Source: Sandaracinaceae bacterium (GTDB lineage Bacteria > Myxococcota_A > Polyangia > Polyangiales > Sandaracinaceae). From it: a stretch of 16,441 nucleotides of DNA. The first letter of the stretch is position 1, and each line of letters opens with the position of its first letter. A model generated the notes under the pieces. It was not told the DNA's origin. It worked only from the letters and a program-made list of their open reading frames with translations, and made no database searches. The stretch lies in the NCBI GenBank assembly GCA_044220955.1, contig JBGAQA010000128.1:1-16441 (forward strand), in the 5' to 3' direction. Made by a program: the position numbers and the translations under genes. Of the stretch, positions 9,990-16,441 are shown in pieces.

Positions 9990-11660
9990 CTACGCGTATC
10001 GGGGCTCCCAGCGGATCGCCGCGATGCCCGCCTCGATCTCCGCGTCCCCCGCGCGCGGCGCCGCCCCGCTCGCGATCGCGGCGCGCGCGACGGCGAGCGC
10101 GACCTTCGGCGTGACCTCCCGCAGGCGATCGAGCGCCGGGTAGAGCGCTCCCGCCCCGAGGTCGCTGCCGGTCGCCGCTTCCGCGACGGCGTGCGCGGCG
10201 GCGACGAACATGGCGTCCGTCACGCGCGTCGCCCTCACGGCGAGGGCGCCGAGCCCGACGCCGGGGAAGATCCAGACGTTGTTGCCCTGCGCGACCTTGA
10301 TCGTGCGGCCGCGGTACTCGACCGGCGGGAACGGGCTGCCCGTGCCGACGAGCGCGCGACCCTCCGTCCACTCGATCAACGACTCGGGCGTGGCTTCGGC
10401 GCGCGAGGTGGGGTTCGAGAGCGGGAAGATCGCCGGGCGCTCGCAGCCCGCGGCCATGGCGCGGATGCTCGCTTCGTCGAAGGCGCCGCGCGTGCCCGAC
10501 GTGCCGATGAGGATGGTGGGCTCGAAGCCGCGGACCACCGCCAGGAGGTCCGCCTTCGCGGGATCGATGCCGAGCGCCGCGACGTGCTCGCGCGACCAGG
10601 CGAGCGTCGCCTTGTAGGGCTCGTCGAACGCGCGCCCCTCGACGAGCAGACCGCGGCTGTCGAGCACCGCGACCGACTCCGTCACCCGCCGCGGATCGAC
10701 CCCGCGGCTGGTGAGCTCGTGGCAGAGCAGCCTCGCGATCCCCATGCCGGCCGCGCCCGCGCCGAGGATGACGATCCGCTCCTCTACGATGGGGATGCGT
10801 CGGGCGCGGCTCGCCGCGAGCACGCCGGCGAGCGAGACGGCGGCCGTTCCCTCGATGTCGTCGTTGAACGAGAGCAAGCGCTCGCGGTAGCGCTCGAGCA
10901 GCGCGATCGCGTTGCCCTTCTTGAAGTCCTCCCACTGCAGGAGCGCGTGAGGGAACACCCGCGTCACCGCGACGACGAGCTCCTCGACGAGCGAGTCGTA
11001 GTCGGGCCCGCGCAGGCGCGGGGCGCGGACGCCGAGGTAGTCGGGATCCGCGGTCAGCGCCGCGTTGTCGGTGCCCACGTCGAGCGAGATCGGCAGCGCG
11101 CGCGCCGGGTGGATGCCGGCGCCCACCGTGTAGAGCGCGAGCTTGCCCACCGGGATGCCCATGCCGCCCGCGCCGAGGTCGCCCAGGCCGAGGATGCGCT
11201 CGTTGTCGGTGACCACGATGAGCTGCACCTCGGCGCGCGCGCTCGCGGACGCCGTCCAGCCGCGCAGCACGCCCTCGATGCGACCGCGCTGATCGGGAGT
11301 GATCCAGAGCCCGCGCGGGCGCCGGTGCACGAAGCCGAGCTCGCGGCACGCGTGGCCGACCGTCGGCGTGTAGACGAGGGGGGCCATCTCCGAGAGGTGG
11401 TCCGCGAGCAGGCGGTAGTAGAGCACCACGTTGCGCGACTCGAGCTCCCGCAGCGCGACGTAGCGCGCGAGCTCCGACTCGTGACCCAGCACCTGGGCGC
11501 GGGCGTGCGACACCTGCTCCGCGAGCGTCATGACGCGCGCGGGCAGCAGCGACTCGACCCCGAGCGCGCGCCGTTCGTCGGGCGTGAACGCGAGGTCGCG
11601 GTTGAGGAAGGGATCGGCGAGAACGGCGGCGCCGCGCAGAGAGGTCTCGAGCTGGGCCAT
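9990..11660 (-). CDS. maeA: NAD-dependent malic enzyme, 556 aa
   Basis: PLVYTPTVG, VVTDNERILGLGDLG, GIPVGKL, LDVGTDN, QWEDF, FNDDIEGT, GAGAAG, PLSNPT, GTGSPF, QGNNVWIFPG. Length fits the SfcA/MaeA class with no PTA fusion. Confidence 0.95.
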   Translation of the reverse strand: MAQLETSLRGAAVLADPFLNRDLAFTPDERRALGVESLLPARVMTLAEQVSHARAQVLGHESELARYVALRELESRNVVLYYRLLADHLSEMAPLVYTPTVGHACRELGFVHRRPRGLWITPDQRGRIEGVLRGWTASASARAEVQLIVVTDNERILGLGDLGAGGMGIPVGKLALYTVGAGIHPARALPISLDVGTDNAALTADPDYLGVRAPRLRGPDYDSLVEELVVAVTRVFPHALLQWEDFKKGNAIALLERYRERLLSFNDDIEGTAAVSLAGVLAASRARRIPIVEERIVILGAGAAGMGIARLLCHELTSRGVDPRRVTESVAVLDSRGLLVEGRAFDEPYKATLAWSREHVAALGIDPAKADLLAVVRGFEPTILIGTSGTRGAFDEASIRAMAAGCERPAIFPLSNPTSRAEATPESLIEWTEGRALVGTGSPFPPVEYRGRTIKVAQGNNVWIFPGVGLGALAVRATRVTDAMFVAAAHAVAEAATGSDLGAGALYPALDRLREVTPKVALAVARAAIASGAAPRAGDAEIEAGIAAIRWEPRYA

Positions 11661-11729
11661 GGGAAGCGCTTGCTATAGGCCCGTCCAGGCCGGTGCGCTC
11701 GTCGTCGTGGGGTAGAGTGGCCCGAGCCG

Positions 11730-12668
11730 ATGGACGCGCCCCCTCTCACGAAGCCGTTCACGCTCGTGGACGTGCTGCGAGAGGTGCTCGCGAGCGTGCG
11801 CGCGACGTGGTGGCGGCACGCGGTCTTCGGCCTCGCCTTCGTCGTCGTCCTCTTCCTCGCGTGCTGCGGCGTGCTCTGCGCGTTCGTGCCGGTCGCGATG
11901 ATCTGGGGCGCCGCCACTCCGGCGGCGGACGCGCGTCCCGAGCCACCGCTCGCGATGATCGTCGCGATCTACGGGGTGATCGGCCTCTTGGATCTGGCGC
12001 TCTTCGCGGTGCACGAGGGCGTCACGCTGGAGCTGACCCACGCGCGCGCGCGCGGCGGCGTGGTCTCGCTCGGGGCCGCGGTGCGCACGACGCTGATGCA
12101 CCTGCCCGGGCTCTTCGGCACCGTCCTCTTCCGGGGGATGCTCGATCTCGCCCCTCCGGCGCTCGTGGTCGCCGTCGGCGCGGGGGTGATCGCCTCGGCG
12201 TTCGGCGATGCCCGCAGCGACGCGGCCGCGACGGTGACGGCGGTCGCGATGACGCTCGCCTACTTCGGGACGCTCGCGTGGTGGGTCGCCCTGCGCTCCC
12301 GCTACGGGCTCGCCCTCTCGTGCGCGGTCCGGGACGGGCTCGGGCCGCGCGAGGCGTTCGCGCGGAGCGCCGTGCTCCTGCGCGGGCGCGCCGTGCAGTA
12401 CCTGGCGCTGCGGGTCGCGTTCTTCGTCCTCTACGTGGCGCTCTCGTGCTCCGCGTTCACGCCGCTCGTGGTCCTCGCTGCGCTCGATCCCACGGCGCTC
12501 GAGCGCGCTGGGGACGACCTCGCCGCCTTGCTCGGCCTCGCCATCGTCGTCGTCTCGTACGCGATGGCGCTCGTGCTCTACACCTTCGACTCCATCCTCG
12601 TCGGAAGCTACCACGCATGCCTCGCGCGCCCCGTCGACGTCGCGACGATCGCCAAGGTCTTCGAGTAG
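11730..12668 (+). CDS. Multi-pass membrane protein (DUF975 / GDPD-membrane-domain-like), 312 aa
   Basis: About 6-7 hydrophobic segments. The N-terminal amphipathic KPFTLVDVLREVLASVRATW and internal GLGPREAFARSAVLLRGR resemble this family's 'A..RS..L..G' motif. Confidence 0.75.
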   Translation: MDAPPLTKPFTLVDVLREVLASVRATWWRHAVFGLAFVVVLFLACCGVLCAFVPVAMIWGAATPAADARPEPPLAMIVAIYGVIGLLDLALFAVHEGVTLELTHARARGGVVSLGAAVRTTLMHLPGLFGTVLFRGMLDLAPPALVVAVGAGVIASAFGDARSDAAATVTAVAMTLAYFGTLAWWVALRSRYGLALSCAVRDGLGPREAFARSAVLLRGRAVQYLALRVAFFVLYVALSCSAFTPLVVLAALDPTALERAGDDLAALLGLAIVVVSYAMALVLYTFDSILVGSYHACLARPVDVATIAKVFE

Positions 12669-12746
12669 CGCTCGCCGGCGTCTTCGAGCTCGGAGGCTGT
12701 CTCCGAAGAGGCGGCAGCCGCGGGCACGAGTCGGAGCGAGGGGTGA

Positions 12747-12803
12747 GACGCATCCGGCTCTGCCGGTGCGTCGAGGGGCCCGCGCAGGCCGCGCAGGGCC
12801 CCT
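12747..12803. terminator. Two tandem GC-rich hairpins in a convergent intergenic region
   Basis: GACGCA-T-CCGGC-TCT-GCCGG-TGCGTC (12747-12772) and AGGGGCCCGCGC-AGGCC-GCGC-A-GGGCCCCT (12774-12803). The second lies 5 nt from the Kir stop. No U-tracts. Confidence 0.5.
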
Positions 12804-12808
12804 GGAAC

Positions 12809-13708
12809 TCAGAGCGGCGCCGGCTGGGTGTCGTGGAAGCGGCGGTAGTCGACGCGCCGCAGACCGCCGGCGTTCTGCGCGGCCGCGATGATGTCGACGT
12901 AGCGTGCGCCCCACATGATCTCGTCGGCGCCATAGCTGCGCCGCGCGTGCACGCTCTGCGACGTGTGCTCGTCGACGCCCGAGAGGATGACGATCATCTC
13001 CATGCCCTTCTCCGTCAGCGACTCCGTCGTCTCGCCGTGGAAGGGGCTCGACTCGTCGATGACGTGCATGGCCGTCCACCCGACCCAGAAGAGCGGGTTC
13101 GTGTTCCGCACGAGCTTCAGATCCACCACGCGTCGGAAGGTCTCGCCCTCGAGTGTCTTGATCGTCTTGGCGACGGCGACGTCGAGGGAGGCCGACACGA
13201 GCCGGTTGCCGCGCGCGTTCGCCATGCGCATCGAGAGCGTGGGCTTGCCCTCGTGCTTGGAGACGCAGACGGAATTCGCGAACATGACGTTCGCGGTCGG
13301 GGTGGCGAACTTCGCGAAGATGAGCCCCGTCAGGACCGCCGTGAGGAACATGCCGAGGTAGGCCTCGATGGTGACGAGCACGTGCGCGTACGTCGTGAGC
13401 GGGCTCATCGTCCCGTAGCCGATGGTCATCATCGTCTGGACGCTGAAGAAATAGCCGTCCCAGAAGCCGTCGACGCTGGAGACCGAGCCCGGCGAGAGCG
13501 TGTAGAGCCCGGCGAACACGAGGTGCAGCGTGGTGTAGAGCAGCAGCCAGCCCAGGATGAAGGTGCGCCAGCGGGCGATCACCATCCGGTGGTAGAGGTC
13601 GCGCATGGGCGCCCGCGGCAGGCCGACTGCCTCCAGCGTGGGCCGGCCCTTGTTGTCGAGGAAGCGCTGGCCCCGGAGCTCCTTCGGGGCGGGTCGCGAG
13701 TCGGCCAT
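12809..13708 (-). CDS. Inward-rectifier potassium channel (KirBac family), about 299 aa
   Basis: Slide helix RDLYH, TM1, pore FFSVQTMMTIGYG (K+ filter), TM2 ending GLIFAKF, cytoplasmic motifs PTLSMRMANARGN, WTAMHVIDESSPF, SGVDE, FHDT. ATG 13708 is preferred (AAAGG upstream); the track start is 13738. Confidence 0.95.
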   Translation of the reverse strand: MADSRPAPKELRGQRFLDNKGRPTLEAVGLPRAPMRDLYHRMVIARWRTFILGWLLLYTTLHLVFAGLYTLSPGSVSSVDGFWDGYFFSVQTMMTIGYGTMSPLTTYAHVLVTIEAYLGMFLTAVLTGLIFAKFATPTANVMFANSVCVSKHEGKPTLSMRMANARGNRLVSASLDVAVAKTIKTLEGETFRRVVDLKLVRNTNPLFWVGWTAMHVIDESSPFHGETTESLTEKGMEMIVILSGVDEHTSQSVHARRSYGADEIMWGARYVDIIAAAQNAGGLRRVDYRRFHDTQPAPL

Positions 13709-13798
13709 CGCCGGCCTTTGTCGGGCAACACCGGACAAATGTCGAGAGGGACCCGCCCGAACATCGACGCCGCCCCCGCGCGTTGGTACAGGTCGAGC

Positions 13799-14224
13799 GT
13801 GCTGGCGATCGGCATCGACCCGGGAGGCAAGCGCGTCGGCGTCGCCGTGTGCGACGAGGACGCGGTGATCGCCATGCCCCGGGCGGCCCTCCAGCTGCGC
13901 TCGCCCTCGGAGATCGCGCCGCGCATCGCGGACCTCGCGAAGGAGCTCGGCGCCGAGCGGGTCGTGATGGGCCTGCCGATCGAGATGAGCGGCCGCGAGG
14001 GGCTCGCCGCGCGCAAGAGCCGGGCGCTCGCCGACACCCTTCGCGCGCGCGGCCTCCGGGTGGTCCTGTGGGACGAGCGGGCGAGCACGGTCGCCGCGCA
14101 GCGGGATCTGGCACGGATGGGCAAGACCGCGAAGGAAGCCAGAGCGCTCGTCGACTCCACCGCGGCGTGCCTCTTGCTCCAGTCCTGGCTCGACGCCGGC
14201 GAGCCGGCGCGCGAGGGCCTCTGA
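13799..14224 (+). CDS. ruvX: YqgF/RuvX family nuclease (pre-16S rRNA processing / Holliday junction resolvase-like), 141 aa
   Basis: C-terminal part of track ORF 11693..14224: LAIGIDPGGKRVGVAVCD, VVMGLP, WDERAST, VDSTAACLLLQSWLD. GTG 13799 gives the family-typical length; an in-frame ATG at 13739 is an alternative. Confidence 0.93.
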   Translation: MLAIGIDPGGKRVGVAVCDEDAVIAMPRAALQLRSPSEIAPRIADLAKELGAERVVMGLPIEMSGREGLAARKSRALADTLRARGLRVVLWDERASTVAAQRDLARMGKTAKEARALVDSTAACLLLQSWLDAGEPAREGL

Positions 14225-15330
14225 TGGCGGCGCGGCGACCGGACCCGCGCGCGAGTCGGCCGCTCTTCGCGCTGGTGCTCTTCGCGCTCGCGCTGGTCGG
14301 CTGGCTGCTCGTCGTGTACCCGGCGCGGCGCGGGCCTGGGCGAGGCCACGAGGTGGACGTCGTGCTCGCCGAGGGCACGACGCTCGACGCGCTCGCCGCC
14401 CAGCTCGCCGAGGCGCACGTCATCGAGCACCCGTCGGCGTTCGCGATCTACGCGCGGCTGCTCGGCGCCACGGATCGCCTGCGCGTGGGCGAGGTCGTGC
14501 TCGCCGACGACATGACCCCGCGCACCGTGCTGATGCGCGTGGCCCAGGGCATGGGGCGTCCGCTCGTCGACGTGATGATCCCCGAGGGGCTCACGCGCTT
14601 CGAGACCGCGGCGCGCCTCGAGCACTGGGGTGTCTGCGATCGCGCGGCGTTCCTCGAGGCGACGGAGTCGGCCGAGCTCCTGCGCACGCTCGAGGTGCCC
14701 GCGCCCACGGCGGAGGGGTTCCTCTTCCCCGACACGTACGAGCTCTCCGTGGAGTCGCAGCCGGAAGAGGTCGTTCGGCGCATGGTCGAGCGCTGGCGGC
14801 TCGCGGCCAGCGACGAGATCCAGGCGGGCCTGCCGGCGCTGGCGGACCTGCGGACCGAGGACGGGCGCCCGTGGACCGGCGCGGAGGTGATGACGCTGGC
14901 CTCGATCGTCGAGGAGGAGGCGGCCGTCGCCGAGGAGCGTCCGATCATCGCGGGCGTGTTCCTCAACCGTCTGCGGAGCGAGACCTTCCTGCCGCGCCAC
15001 CGTCTGCAGGCCGACCCGACGGTGTCCTACGGCTGCCGCACGGAGCCCGAGGCGGCCCCCTCGTGCGCGGGCTTCGACGGCCGTCACATCACGAGCGCGA
15101 TGCTCGCGGACCCGGCCAACCGCTACAACACGTACCGCAACGCGGGCCTGCCGCCGGGCGCCGTCGCGAGCCCCGGCCTCGAGTCGATCCGGGCGGTGCT
15201 GCACCCCGCGTCGCACCGCTACCTCTACTTCGTCGCGCGCGGTGGCCGCCGGCACACGTTCAGCGAGGAGTACGACGCGCACCTCGTGGGTGTGGACGCC
15301 CTGCGCGATCGCGAGCAGGCTGCGCAGTGA
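14224..15330 (+). CDS. mltG: Endolytic transglycosylase MltG (YceG family), 368 aa
   Basis: ATG overlaps the ruvX stop (TGATG 14222-14226). N-terminal TM anchor, [21 protein letters not shown] (catalytic Glu region), [20 protein letters not shown]...GLPPG, YLYFVA, HTFS. Confidence 0.95.
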   Translation: MAARRPDPRASRPLFALVLFALALVGWLLVVYPARRGPGRGHEVDVVLAEGTTLDALAAQLAEAHVIEHPSAFAIYARLLGATDRLRVGEVVLADDMTPRTVLMRVAQGMGRPLVDVMIPEGLTRFETAARLEHWGVCDRAAFLEATESAELLRTLEVPAPTAEGFLFPDTYELSVESQPEEVVRRMVERWRLAASDEIQAGLPALADLRTEDGRPWTGAEVMTLASIVEEEAAVAEERPIIAGVFLNRLRSETFLPRHRLQADPTVSYGCRTEPEAAPSCAGFDGRHITSAMLADPANRYNTYRNAGLPPGAVASPGLESIRAVLHPASHRYLYFVARGGRRHTFSEEYDAHLVGVDALRDREQAAQ

Positions 15331-15343
15331 CGAGGCCCCGAGC

Positions 15344-15946
15344 GTGAGCACCAACATCAAGTGGCACGAGGGGCTCGTCGGCGTCGAGGAGCGCGAGAGG
15401 CTCCTCGGGCACGGCGCGGCGACGGTCTGGCTGACGGGCCTCTCCGGCTCGGGCAAGAGCACGCTCTGCCGGCTGGTGGAGCGCACGCTCGTCGATCGCG
15501 GCGTCGCGGCCTACGTGCTCGACGGCGACAACCTGCGGCACGGGCTCTGCGCCGACCTCGGGTTCGACGCGGCGGCGCGCGCGGAGAACGTGCGGCGCGC
15601 AGGAGAGGTCGCGCGGCTGATGACCGACGCGGGGCTGGTCGTCCTGACGGCGTTCATCTCGCCCTTTCGCCGCGACCGCGATCGCGTCCGCGCGCTCCTC
15701 CCCGAGGGCCGCTTCCTCGAGGTTCACGTGGCGACACCGCTCGCGATCTGCGAGGAGCGCGACCCGAAGGGCCTCTGGGCCAAGGCCCGGCGTGGCGAGA
15801 TCAAGGACTTCACCGGGCTCGACTCGCCCTACGAGGCTCCCGAGCGGCCCGAGCTGGTGGTGTCGCGCGAGGGCGGCGAGAAGGCCGACAACGCCGAGGC
15901 GATCGTGCGCATGCTCGAGGAACGTGGGATCCTCCCGCGCTCGTGA
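15344..15946 (+). CDS. cysC: Adenylyl-sulfate (APS) kinase, 200 aa
   Basis: GTG 15344 (GAGG at 15332-15335) gives STNIKWH. Motifs [12 protein letters not shown] (P-loop), [46 protein letters not shown]. Confidence 0.95.
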   Translation: MSTNIKWHEGLVGVEERERLLGHGAATVWLTGLSGSGKSTLCRLVERTLVDRGVAAYVLDGDNLRHGLCADLGFDAAARAENVRRAGEVARLMTDAGLVVLTAFISPFRRDRDRVRALLPEGRFLEVHVATPLAICEERDPKGLWAKARRGEIKDFTGLDSPYEAPERPELVVSREGGEKADNAEAIVRMLEERGILPRS

Positions 15947-15980
15947 CTGGCTTGGCGCGCACGCGCCGAAAGGGGGCTCC

Positions 15981-16441
15981 GTGGCTCGTTCCAACCTCGC
16001 GCTCTTCTCGCTCGTCCTGTTCTCCCTCGCGCTGGCTGGCTGTCCCTCCTCGACGACGCCCGGCAGCGACGTGCCGATCGAGCGCCTCGGCGCGCAGTAC
16101 GGCAACGTGACCTGCGAGGTCATCCGGGACTGCTACGGCGACGCCATCGTCGCGCTCATCTCGGGCGCGACCACGCAGGCGGCGTGCGAGATGCGCGCGG
16201 AGGCCGGCTACCTGAACGCGGCGCTGCCGCGCTACCAAGCGGCCATCGCCATGGGCACGATGAGCTACGACGCGACCCAGGCGGGCGCGTGCATCGACGC
16301 CCTGCGGGCCGAGGGCTGCGCGGTGGTGTCCGCGCGGACGCCTCCGGAGTGCGATCGGCTCTTCGTGGGCCACGTGGCCACGGGCGGCGCGTGCGCGCTC
16401 GACGAGGAGTGCCAGGGCGATGCGTACTGCAGCATCACGGC
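15981..16441 (+). CDS. Cysteine-rich lipoprotein (myxobacterial Dickkopf-N-like Cys-repeat type), 5' part only
   Basis: Not in the track because it has no stop within the window. GTG 15981 after AAGGGGG; MARSNLALFSLVLFSLALAG-C lipobox; continues ...CEVIRDC...YDATQAGACIDAL...ECDRLFVGHVATGGACALDEECQGDAYC, open to the window edge. Confidence 0.82.
   Translation, partial: MARSNLALFSLVLFSLALAGCPSSTTPGSDVPIERLGAQYGNVTCEVIRDCYGDAIVALISGATTQAACEMRAEAGYLNAALPRYQAAIAMGTMSYDATQAGACIDALRAEGCAVVSARTPPECDRLFVGHVATGGACALDEECQGDAYCSIT

Noticed and set aside
4971..10114. Very long ORFs 5819..10114 (+, 1431 aa), 5803..8133 (+) and 4971..7583 (-)
   Set aside because: They overlap motif-bearing genes in other frames, have low-complexity composition and contain no recognisable domains.
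9990..13708. Malic enzyme, membrane protein and Kir channel as a functional unit
   Set aside because: The orientations alternate, with separate promoter-like elements and hairpins between them, so nothing beyond adjacency links them.
13783..14223. N-terminal extension of mltG (and similarly 15242-15343 of cysC)
   Set aside because: These overlap the upstream genes. ATG 14224 and GTG 15344 give family-typical N-termini.
11693..14224. 843-aa ORF suggesting a large fusion to RuvX
   Set aside because: Only the last 141 aa are RuvX. The upstream part overlaps the membrane protein out of frame and the Kir gene in antisense.

Overview
A very GC-rich bacterial chromosomal segment. The Cys-rich lipoproteins, integrin-beta-like VWA lipoprotein and STAND-TPR-wHTH protein suggest a myxobacterium (Polyangiales/Sandaracinus-like); this is an inference. 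Gene order: 3' end of a saccharopine-dehydrogenase-like gene; a 13-unit hexamer microsatellite; a divergent GH63 (MGH1-like) glucosidase / amylo-alpha-1,6-glucosidase pair; a TSP3+VWA lipoprotein; a STAND (NB-ARC-like) ATPase-TPR-C-terminal wHTH regulator; a small Cys-rich lipoprotein; malic enzyme; a multi-TM membrane protein; a KirBac K+ channel; and a probable ruvX-mltG-cysC-lipoprotein operon running off the right edge. I see no CRISPR array, tRNA/rRNA gene, transposase, integrase or phage gene, and most long ORFs in the track are GC-driven shadow frames. The region looks mostly like ordinary housekeeping and envelope content, and I cannot support a clearly new system. The best leads are the 5.0-9.9 kb block (candidate operator and promoter, integrin-like lipoprotein, STAND regulator, Cys-rich lipoprotein), the G-quadruplex-capable / rut-like microsatellite, recurring -10-like boxes just upstream of start codons, and an orphan cysC behind mltG.
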